A stretch of DNA of 64,000 bases from a virus. This document shows, piece after piece, positions 1 to 6,451 of the stretch. The notes below the pieces were generated by a model. The model did not search any database and was not told where the DNA came from. It was given only the letters and a program-made list of their open reading frames with translations. The translations under genes and the position numbers were made by a program. The stretch's first letter is position 1, and the number at the start of each line of letters is the position of its first letter. The stretch spans positions 1-64,000 of IMG/VR virus record IMGVR_UViG_3300044837_000097; one strand, 5' to 3'.

Positions 1-97
1 TGGCGGGGGCAGGCCGCCCCATACCCCCTAAAACGCGCCGGATGCGATTTCGTGACAACCCCGCCGCTATTAGGGCGGATGTCACACCCCCCGGCTT

Positions 98-379
98 CTG
101 TGGTACAGTTGACTGTGGGACAGCAAGAAAGGGACCCCCGGCACGTTACTGTGGGACAGTCGTTACTGTGGGACAGTCGTTACTGTGGGACAGTTTTCCG
201 ACAAGTGTTGCTTTTCTGTGGGACAGTCGTTACTGTGGGACAGTCGTTACTGTGGGACAGTCGTTACTGTGGGACAGTCGTTACTGTGGGACAGTCGTTA
301 CTGTGGGACAGTTTTCCGACAAGTGTTGCTTTTCTGTGGGACAGTCGTTACTGTGGGACAGTCGTTACTGTGGGACAGT
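98..379. repeat. 17-bp tandem array (CGTTACTGTGGGACAGT) with palindromic core ACTGT-GGG-ACAGT
   Basis: CTGTGGGACAG at 113,149,166,183,216,233,250,267,284,301,334,351,368; an identical 22-nt linker TTTTCCGACAAGTGTTGCTTTT interrupts the array twice; variant core at 98. Confidence 0.95.
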
Positions 380-389
380 AAGAAGCCTG

Positions 390-418
390 TTGACACCCAC
401 CCGGTGTTGTGGTACAGT
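390..418 (+). promoter_or_regulatory. sigma70-type promoter, probably leaderless transcript of RHH gene
   Basis: TTGACA-17nt-TACAGT, 7 nt before ATG 426. Confidence 0.7.
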
Positions 419-425
419 CGGAACC

Positions 426-635
426 ATGAACAGCCCGATGGCAAAATTTCGTCTCCCGCAAGAGTTGCTCGACCACATCAAGCGCCTGTCCGCTGAGTCC
501 GGCATCCCGGTCTCCGAGGTCATTCGCGCTTGCATCGTCCGCGCGCTCCCGTACGTCGAACAGAAAGCCAAAGAGGTAGTAAGCAGTGACGCCGTATATT
601 CTTCGCCTTCCCAAGGTAAAAACAAAACTGTATGA
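426..635 (+). CDS. ribbon-helix-helix DNA-binding protein
   Basis: MAKFRLPQELLDHIKRLSAESGIPVSEVIRACIVRAL fits the RHH strand-helix-helix pattern; the upstream part of ORF 42..635 is translated repeat. Confidence 0.8.
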   Translation: MNSPMAKFRLPQELLDHIKRLSAESGIPVSEVIRACIVRALPYVEQKAKEVVSSDAVYSSPSQGKNKTV

Positions 636-961
636 ACCGCCGCAGCTTCCTCACTTTTCTGGGGGTGGGCATGGCGGCAGTGGTGGTCGCCCCAGTGGCG
701 GTCAAAGCTGTGGTTCCATCCTCGTTTGACACATCAGATTTTCACGAGTGCACATGTGGCGCGCCGAAGCCCTTAATCGGGACGGCAGAAGAGTGGTGTC
801 CTGTGCACGGGAGTAAAGAATGTCTCGAATCCATTACAGCATCCACCAAGGAGTACGCGGACTACGAGTCCTTCTCGGACTTCCAAATATCGAGTGCGAT
901 ACATGCGAGCGTGAACGAAGCCGCCGCGCAACTCGGGTATCGAGCGGGACTGTCGATTTAG
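632..961 (+). CDS. twin-arginine (Tat) signal protein with C-terminal capsid-like peptide
   Basis: MNRRSFL + hydrophobic stretch; CxC..CxxH motif; C-terminus resembles the spliced capsid protein. Confidence 0.65.
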   Translation: MNRRSFLTFLGVGMAAVVVAPVAVKAVVPSSFDTSDFHECTCGAPKPLIGTAEEWCPVHGSKECLESITASTKEYADYESFSDFQISSAIHASVNEAAAQLGYRAGLSI

Positions 962-1500
962 AACCTGCACGTAGCTACGACGGGAACTCCATCACAGACC
1001 TCAACCGTTACCCAACGTCGATTGAAGGCTGGTCATCGTACAAGACATATTCTGGTCTCGAAGCGCCGCGCGGTTCCAACCGCTCGTTCTTTCAGTATTC
1101 GCCGCTTCCGTCTAGCATAGTTGGATACGACGGGGTCACGAACGAGTTCAACAGATATTGTTCCGAGATGGGCGTCCAGTGTACAATCACGATGAACCCT
1201 TTGAACTACCAACAGTTGATGATGTTCAAAGTCGTGGGCAAGGACGACGTGCTGATTTCCCACCAAGGCAAGTCCCGAATCATGGCACCCGGCGAGACTT
1301 GGACGTTGGAGACCACGCGTATCGACGCGTTGAAAGATTTCAGAAGGGTGGACTGTCTCCCGCGCATTTCAAAGATGGTGAACGGGAATATACATTTCAA
1401 AGATGGTGAACGGGAATATAATGAGACACAACCTTTATGCGTACACAGCGCCGGGAGCAAGCTACCCGCCGTATGTTTCCGTCAATGTGGAAAGCGATGA
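820..1500 (+). CDS. hypothetical protein (start uncertain; 3' end affected by 28-bp duplication)
   Basis: long ORF filling the gap between neighbours; no recognisable motif. Confidence 0.35.
   Translation: MSRIHYSIHQGVRGLRVLLGLPNIECDTCERERSRRATRVSSGTVDLEPARSYDGNSITDLNRYPTSIEGWSSYKTYSGLEAPRGSNRSFFQYSPLPSSIVGYDGVTNEFNRYCSEMGVQCTITMNPLNYQQLMMFKVVGKDDVLISHQGKSRIMAPGETWTLETTRIDALKDFRRVDCLPRISKMVNGNIHFKDGEREYNETQPLCVHSAGSKLPAVCFRQCGKR
1365..1420. repeat. perfect 28-bp tandem duplication
   Basis: CATTTCAAAGATGGTGAACGGGAATATA x2. Confidence 0.95.
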
Positions 1501-1642
1501 CCACACAGTAGAGGTCACTGTGCGTTCCCCGGCGAAGGCTGACGGGTCGTGTGGCGAGACCGCAACTTTGAAGTTGTCGCCCCAAGAGTTCTACGAGTTG
1601 GCGAGTCGCCTTCACGGCTTCGTTTGCACGAGCGGCGCATGA
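1421..1642 (+). CDS. hypothetical protein
   Basis: ORF coupled to next gene by ATGA overlap. Confidence 0.55.
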   Translation: MRHNLYAYTAPGASYPPYVSVNVESDDHTVEVTVRSPAKADGSCGETATLKLSPQEFYELASRLHGFVCTSGA

Positions 1643-1821
1643 GCAAGAAGAACATCATCAGCAAGACCAAGGTTGACAACAACACCGTTCACGTTCGCTT
1701 CGAGAACCCGGACGGTCACAGAGTTTATGAGTACCGGGGTTCCGCGATGCGCGCGATTATGCGCGGCAAGGACCCGGCAGGACTCACGGGCGGAAGGCTC
1801 GTGGAGCATAAAAAGCCGTGA
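1639..1821 (+). CDS. KTSC-like small protein
   Basis: VHVRFENPDGHRVYEYRG resembles the KTSC L-x-V-x-F..G..Y-x-Y pattern. Confidence 0.45.
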   Translation: MSKKNIISKTKVDNNTVHVRFENPDGHRVYEYRGSAMRAIMRGKDPAGLTGGRLVEHKKP

Positions 1822-2108
1822 CATCATTTAGATTTTTAACAGCATCCGAGTTATCGGAAAGAGGTTGGCAGATGGTTAAGTCAAGCGAGTCATACAAGGT
1901 TTACTTGGAGAAGTCCGAGGCTGCACCGGGCGGCGTGCACAGCACACAACCGGAAGGCCGCGCGGGACTTCCGCCAGTTTGTACGGTGACAGAGGCCAAG
2001 GAAGAGAAAGGCGTAGCTATCGAGTGCACTCGCCACCAGACTGGGTTGAATCGTTATCCCATCAACGAGCACGAAGAGAAGCACAAGACCCACGGTCCAA
2101 ACAACTAA
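1818..2108 (+). CDS. hypothetical protein
   Basis: GTGA overlap with the previous gene. Confidence 0.45.
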   Translation: MTSFRFLTASELSERGWQMVKSSESYKVYLEKSEAAPGGVHSTQPEGRAGLPPVCTVTEAKEEKGVAIECTRHQTGLNRYPINEHEEKHKTHGPNN

Positions 2109-2117
2109 GGAGCCGTC

Positions 2118-2279
2118 ATGACCACATTCCATATTGTCGCCAGCCTCGCGCTGGTCGCCTTTGGCTTCGGGCTGGGGCGCATCAAGAACACCAAGGGTTT
2201 CTTCACAAAGGCGAAGGCAGACGCGGCGGCTTTAAAGGCCGCAGCAGCGAAGGCCGAGGCAGAAGCGAAGAAGCTGTAA
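2118..2279 (+). CDS. small membrane-anchored Ala/Lys-rich protein (53 aa, below ORF-track cut-off)
   Basis: AAGGAG RBS; MTTFHIVASLALVAFGFGLGRIK... Confidence 0.7.
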   Translation: MTTFHIVASLALVAFGFGLGRIKNTKGFFTKAKADAAALKAAAAKAEAEAKKL

Positions 2280-2287
2280 AATAGTTC

Positions 2288-2316
2288 TTGACAAAGCACG
2301 GGCGCTGGTGTACCAT
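2288..2316 (+). promoter_or_regulatory. sigma70 promoter at start of tRNA array
   Basis: TTGACA-17nt-TACCAT. Confidence 0.75.
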
Positions 2317-2335
2317 TGTTTCAAGTTTGCACTAC

Positions 2336-2410
2336 GGTGTCGATGGTGTAGCGGCAGCACATGAGATTGTGAATCTCATAGTATGGGTTCGACCCCCATT
2401 CTTCACCCCA
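2336..2410 (+). tRNA. tRNA-His(GTG)
   Basis: G-1, C73, CCA; anticodon arm TGAGA-TTGTGAA-TCTCA; two acceptor-stem mismatches. Confidence 0.85.
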
Positions 2411-2420
2411 AAAATAGTGC

Positions 2421-2449
2421 TTGACAAACGCAGAAAGTTCTGATACACT
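2421..2449 (+). promoter_or_regulatory. sigma70 promoter
   Basis: TTGACA-17nt-TACACT. Confidence 0.8.
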
Positions 2450-2491
2450 GGTTTTAGAGTCAAGAAATTATTGACTAAGAAAGAAGGACAA

Positions 2492-2719
2492 ATGAAGATA
2501 GCCACGCTTCTTGCTGCTTTACTGATTGGTGGATTTGTTTTCGCGCAAACGCCAGCACAAGGCGACCACATAGTTCGTCCGTACGTAAAGAGAAACGGCA
2601 CTATCGTTGCTCCCCACTATCAGACGAACCCAAACAAAACTCAGCGGGATAACTACAGCGCGACGGGCCGATACAACCCCCACACGGGACAATCAGGAAC
2701 TAAACACCCGAAGCGTTAA
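2492..2719 (+). CDS. small exported protein (YxKxNGTxVxPHY..NP..G..GT type)
   Basis: Sec signal peptide, GAAGGA RBS. Confidence 0.75.
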   Translation: MKIATLLAALLIGGFVFAQTPAQGDHIVRPYVKRNGTIVAPHYQTNPNKTQRDNYSATGRYNPHTGQSGTKHPKR

Positions 2720-2729
2720 AAGTTTCAAT

Positions 2730-2803
2730 CAGGAATTCTGATAGTGGTAGTCTACGGGCGTCGGAAGCCTGAGGTGGTCGTTCGATTCGACCATTCCTGA
2801 CCA
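2730..2803 (+). tRNA. tRNA-Pro(CGG)
   Basis: C1-G72, A73, CCA; loop GTCGGAA. Confidence 0.85.
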
Positions 2804-2906
2804 GTTTCATGCATCAAGGCATTGAGACTATTAAAGAAGAAATTTCTAAATGTGGTGTTGTTTGTTCGAACTGTCATAGAATTCGAACATTCAATCGCAC
2901 AGGAAT

Positions 2907-2994
2907 CGGGGCGTAGGCGGGTAAATGGAAGCCCTCCGCTTTTGGAAAGCGGTGCCTACGGGCCTTGGGTGTTCGAGTTACCCCGTCCCGACCA
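2907..2994 (+). tRNA. tRNA-Pro(TGG) with long variable arm
   Basis: C1-G72, A73; CCGCT-TTTGGAA-AGCGG; extra arm GCC-TACG-GGC. Confidence 0.75.
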
Positions 2995-3003
2995 AGTTTC
3001 AGC

Positions 3004-3078
3004 GGAGATAGGGTCAGTTGGTAACGACATGCCCCTGTCACGGGTAAAGTGCGGGTTCGATTCCCGCTATCTCCGCCA
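3004..3078 (+). tRNA. tRNA-Asp(GTC)
   Basis: cloverleaf, loop CTGTCAC, G73, CCA. Confidence 0.9.
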
Positions 3079-3087
3079 AGTTTCAGT

Positions 3088-3162
3088 TCCAATCTGGTCT
3101 AATGGTAGGACACCTCACTGTTAATGAGGAGGGTCCACGTTCGAGTCGTGGGGTTGGAGCCA
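3088..3162 (+). tRNA. tRNA-Asn(GTT)
   Basis: CCTCA-CTGTTAA-TGAGG, G73, CCA. Confidence 0.9.
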
Positions 3163-3166
3163 ATTT

Positions 3167-3522
3167 TTGTGGAGCCGTTAGGTTAATCCACAGACGATAC
3201 CCGCAGGGGTGCTCGTTTCAGTTCAGGCCCCTCGGGGCTGTTCGTACTGACGAGCGCCTTTGAGGGAGCTAACGGTGATAACGAGGCGTCTAAAGCACGC
3301 CTACCACAAAGTAGCACACGCCGAAATAACGCGAAAGCGTCGAACATATCGGGCGGCTACTATAATGTTGTCGCGACAGTAACCGAAACGGGCGTCGTCA
3401 TGAAGCGACCCGGTCTCCTCATGAGTGGTGGCGGGCTTGACCTGCAAAGGGACACAAGGTTACGGCGGGGTGAAACCCGCCCAAAGCGCCTCGGCGGGGC
3501 GCGTTGATAAATGCCGCCCGGA
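3167..3522 (+). ncRNA. large structured ncRNA of unknown family
   Basis: no credible ORF; many stems, GNRA-type loops, potential pseudoknot CCGTTAG/CTAACGG. Confidence 0.55.
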
Positions 3523-3533
3523 TTTGTTTCAAT

Positions 3534-3619
3534 CCGCTGGTGATGTAATAGCAGCCATGAATGCCTTAGAAGCATTTGGTCGAAAGACCGTGAAGGTGCA
3601 ACTCCTTCTCAGCGGACCA
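3534..3619 (+). tRNA. tRNA-Leu(TAG)
   Basis: AATGC-CTTAGAA-GCATT, long variable arm, CCA. Confidence 0.9.
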
Positions 3620-3640
3620 TTTTTGTACGTACATTAAGAA

Positions 3641-3675
3641 GGGGGAGCCGTGAACTCCCCCGACTCTTTCAGACA
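3641..3675 (+). promoter_or_regulatory. degenerate copy of the endonuclease-leader pseudoknot, no downstream ORF
   Basis: GGGGGAG-CCGTGAA-CTCCCCC followed by CTTTCAGAC (pairing partner broken). Confidence 0.6.
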
Positions 3676-3687
3676 TCTAGTTTCAGT

Positions 3688-3766
3688 GGTCGCGTCGGGA
3701 AAACGGGATATCCCAATGGCGTTCTAACCCATACAAAAGTAGGTTCGAATCCTACCGCGACTACCA
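3688..3766 (+). tRNA. tRNA-Arg(TCT)
   Basis: loop GTTCTAA with C:C mismatch closing; canonical T arm; CCA. Confidence 0.75.
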
Positions 3767-3772
3767 TTTTGT

Positions 3773-3847
3773 GGGCTGCTCGTATATCGTATAATGCACA
3801 GCGCTACGAACGCTGGGAGCGGGGTTAGACTCCCCGGTGGCCCTCCA
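3773..3847 (+). tRNA. tRNA-Arg(ACG)
   Basis: CAGCG-CTACGAA-CGCTG, CCA. Confidence 0.88.
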
Positions 3848-3856
3848 AGTTTAATT

Positions 3857-3943
3857 CGCCTGCTGGTGGAATTGGCAGACACGCCGGATTCAAAACCCGG
3901 TGCCCGAGAGGGCGTTAGAGTTCGAATCTCTAGTTGGCGACCA
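3857..3943 (+). tRNA. tRNA-Leu(CAA)
   Basis: loop TTCAAAA, long variable arm, CCA. Confidence 0.9.
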
Positions 3944-3975
3944 TTTTGAAATCCATTGACTACGGTCAGGTGATT

Positions 3976-4395
3976 ATGAACAGCAACCAAAGAAAAGATG
4001 CAACGCTAGGAATGCCTCACGGCACCGCGAGTGGCAGACTTCGGAAGATGATTTTGTTCAATCTTTTGAAAAAGCACGGCGAGAATTCCTGCCATGCTTG
4101 CGGAAAGCCGATTGATTCTGTAGATGCTTTGAGTATTGAGCACAAGAAACCGTGGGAAGGGGTATCGGCTGACTTGTTTTGGGATTTAGAAAACATAGCG
4201 TTTTCGCATCTTCGATGTAATACTCCGAACCGCCCTTACAACAATGGTGGGTGGAACAAGAAACCAGCCCCAGAAGGGATGGCGTGGTGCATCGGACATC
4301 AAGTATTCGAACCAGTCGAAAACTTTTGGAAGAACGCAAGTTTTTGGAATGGTCTTGAGAAGTACTGCAAGACGACCAAGATTCGAAATAGATAA
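3976..4395 (+). CDS. HNH homing endonuclease
   Basis: CHACG..LSIEHKKPW..NIAFSHLRCN. Confidence 0.85.
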   Translation: MNSNQRKDATLGMPHGTASGRLRKMILFNLLKKHGENSCHACGKPIDSVDALSIEHKKPWEGVSADLFWDLENIAFSHLRCNTPNRPYNNGGWNKKPAPEGMAWCIGHQVFEPVENFWKNASFWNGLEKYCKTTKIRNR

Positions 4396-4402
4396 AGATT
4401 TT

Positions 4403-4486
4403 GCGCGTGTGGCGGAAAGGCATACGCAGGGGACTTAAAACCCCCGACCGAAAGGTATGAGGGTCCGACTCCCTCGACGCGCACCA
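4403..4486 (+). tRNA. tRNA-Leu(TAA)
   Basis: loop CTTAAAA, long variable arm, CCA. Confidence 0.9.
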
Positions 4487-4491
4487 AGTTT

Positions 4492-4580
4492 GAGCACTGG
4501 CGGTTCGCCGCGTACTTCAAGACGCGAAGTGCGAATCGTCGGAAAACCTACCTCTCATTGAAGACGAGATTGGATGCTCA
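4492..4580 (+). ncRNA. multi-stem structured RNA, unknown
   Basis: closing stem TGAGCA/TGCTCA enclosing GCGG-TTCG-CCGC and two more stems. Confidence 0.45.
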
Positions 4581-4590
4581 ATTAGTTTAA

Positions 4591-4668
4591 CCCGGATGAT
4601 GCCGAAGTTCACGAGGCGTTCGCCTGCAAAGCGAATTGAAGCAGGTTGGAGTCCTGTCACTGGGTCCA
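4591..4668 (+). tRNA. tRNA-Cys(GCA)
   Basis: TTCGC-CTGCAAA-GCGAA, U73, CCA; bulged acceptor stem. Confidence 0.8.
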
Positions 4669-4759
4669 CTCATGTCGGATACCCGCGCTTGAACAGCGAG
4701 GGAGTAAGGTCCGAATCGTTTAAACGTGCTATGGTAACGAAAACCGGGGCACACATTTT

Positions 4760-5013
4760 TGGTAGCGTAGACTAACGCAGGCCGCAAGGCTTGAGGAAGT
4801 TCCTGCCACATCTCAACATCGAACCGTGGAAGTTGCGGGACGCGTAAGCGTACAAGTAAGCCTTCGTACTGAGCAATCAGTCATTGGAGCGAAGTAACTC
4901 TTTTCGGGTGCAAGTTCAAATAGGACCTGAGTGCTTGTTGAGCATGACGAAGGTCGGGTTGAATGCTTAGACGAATGTTAGTCCACGACAGAAGCAGGGC
5001 TACAGCGCCACCA
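4760..5013 (+). ncRNA. rnpB: RNase P RNA (compact, bacterial type-A-like)
   Basis: P1 TGGTAGCGT/GCGCCACCA; P2 GACTAAC/GTTAGTC; P3 hairpin; CR-I GAGGAAGTTCCTGC; CR-V ACAGAAGCAGGGCTA (P4 pairing); P6 CTCAACA/TGTTGAG; P15/P16 with GGT loop; AGACGAATG before P2 3' strand. Confidence 0.88.
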
Positions 5014-5051
5014 AATAAAAATTTTGATTGCTGGTTTAGCGGCCAGTAATC

Positions 5052-5100
5052 GGGTGGGCGTCCCTAGAAGACGCCCTCCCAACTCTTTCTAGGAGAGCAC
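5052..5100 (+). promoter_or_regulatory. RBS-occluding pseudoknot
   Basis: GGGCGTC-CCTAGAA-GACGCCC; loop complementary to TTCTAGG overlapping SD. Confidence 0.75.
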
Positions 5101-5503
5101 ATGGTTTGTACCAAATGCCGGACGGATAAATCTGTTGATGATTTTTACGATAGACATAAGACTGATAGCAACGTAGGTCGTAAGAAGTCCATTTGTAAAC
5201 TATGTCAACACAAACGAAACAGGGCATCAAACGCTGGCCGTCGTCGTGAACACAGAGATAGATTAGTTGTGATTAAGACAGAGCGCGGTTGTGCGGATTG
5301 TGGTTTTAGAGGATTGTGCCCCGGCGCTGCACTTTCATCACAGAAAACCAGAAGAGAAGAAGTTTGTTATCGCCCATTGTTTGCTGTATTCGTGGGAAAC
5401 GATTTTAGAAGAAGTAGAAAAGTGTGACGTGGTTTGTTCTATTTGTCATACTAAACGACATCAGTGCGCTGCGATTTCGAGCGGCAGAATACCTCCCTCT
5501 TAA
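5101..5503 (+). pseudogene. HNH endonuclease split by +1 frameshift near 5305
   Basis: frame 1 ends its homology at GCADCGF; frame +1 continues EDCAPALHFHH..EVEKCDVVCSICH; paralog of 8505..8855. Confidence 0.8.
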
Positions 5504-5542
5504 GGAGGCTTGGTCTCAGTTCAAGTCTGAGGCGGCGCACCA
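5466..5542 (+). tRNA. tRNA-Lys(CTT)
   Basis: CCTCC-CTCTTAA-GGAGG, CCA. Confidence 0.88.
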
Positions 5543-5549
5543 ATTTTCT

Positions 5550-5626
5550 GAGTCGCGGACGCGAGCGGCAGCGTACTCGCCTTTTAAGCGATGGATGTCC
5601 GAGTTCGAGCCTCGGGCGACTCACCA
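5550..5626 (+). tRNA. tRNA-Lys(TTT)
   Basis: loop CTTTTAA, acceptor GAGTCGC/GCGACTC, CCA. Confidence 0.88.
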
Positions 5627-5741
5627 ATTTTCGAAAGAGACGTGCGCCGCGCACGAGAGCGAAATAATGCGGCGGCGGGCGAATGACGCCCTCAGTCTAC
5701 CAAGACGTTACGAAGAGGTGGAATGCCTCAAAATTTTCTGT

Positions 5742-5817
5742 ACCCGATTATCAAACTGGTCGTATGAACCTCTCCTACAAAGAGGCTGGCAGAGTTCGAT
5801 TCTCTGATTGGGTACCA
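5742..5817 (+). tRNA. tRNA-Val(TAC)
   Basis: CCTCT-CCTACAA-AGAGG, CCA. Confidence 0.85.
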
Positions 5818-5824
5818 ATTTCTG

Positions 5825-5913
5825 TGGGGACGCAGTTCGCGGTAGAGTGAACGCTTGCGATATCCGGTACCGGACTCGTAAGATGGCGAGGGTGAATGAC
5901 CCTTGGGTTCCCA
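5825..5913 (+). ncRNA. cloverleaf tRNA-like RNA without anticodon loop or CCA
   Basis: four fully paired arms; anticodon-position arm capped by palindrome TCCGGTACCGGA. Confidence 0.55.
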
Positions 5914-5919
5914 GATTTT

Positions 5920-6010
5920 TGTCGGTAGCATCAGTATGCAGCGCGGTTTTATAAACCGCGAAGCTCCAGATGAGAGCGCCGAGAGTGGGCAGCACACTCA
6001 CCGACAACCA
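5920..6010 (+). tRNA. atypical tRNA, TAT anticodon (Ile-UAU-like)
   Basis: acceptor TGTCGGT/ACCGACA + ACCA; 4-nt D loop; 6-bp anticodon stem; long variable arm; T loop GGCAGCA. Confidence 0.7.
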
Positions 6011-6012
6011 GT

Positions 6013-6087
6013 GGCCCCGTCATCTAGTGGCGAGGATGCCAGCTTCTCAAGCTGGTCACACGAGTTCGACTCTCGTCGAGGCTACCA
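6013..6087 (+). tRNA. tRNA-Glu(CTC)
   Basis: CCAGC-TTCTCAA-GCTGG, CCA. Confidence 0.9.
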
Positions 6088-6126
6088 AGTTTGAAAATGT
6101 AAGAGGAGCAGTTTTAAGATACTCTC

Positions 6127-6417
6127 ATGGCAAACAACTATAACTCGAATCCGATTTTCATCGACAGCATAATGGCTGCAACCGCGAAGAATAGCGGCGC
6201 GACAACGACCAACCCGTTTCGTATTAAAGAAATTGTGTGGAGTACACCCGGAAGCACCGCAGCAGATTCCGCCGTAATTCAAGACGGCTTGGGTAATGAA
6301 ATTTTCGAACAACAATCAGGTCGAGCAGCACCTGAACTGTTTAATCCGCCAATGGTTATAAATGACTTCAAAGTAACAACTTTGGCAGATGGGCACATTC
6401 TGATTTATTTGGTGTAA
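6127..6417 (+). CDS. hypothetical protein, possibly virion beta-rich protein
   Basis: clean 96-aa ORF between tRNAs. Confidence 0.7.
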   Translation: MANNYNSNPIFIDSIMAATAKNSGATTTNPFRIKEIVWSTPGSTAADSAVIQDGLGNEIFEQQSGRAAPELFNPPMVINDFKVTTLADGHILIYLV

Positions 6418-6451
6418 AGCGCACCGTTATCCGCGCTCTTAGTTTTTCAGT

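Noticed and set aside
98-379. CRISPR array
   Set aside because: Repeats are directly adjacent, the two linkers are identical, and no cas genes are seen
42-425. ORFs translated through the repeat array
   Set aside because: Repeat-derived peptides; the RHH start at 426 has its own promoter
3240-3365. Hammerhead ribozyme (CTGACGA ... GAAA)
   Set aside because: Could not form stems I and III around the core
3715-3735. Amber suppressor tRNA (CTA)
   Set aside because: Stem register ATGG/CCAT centres the loop on TCT; a CTA register gives no stem
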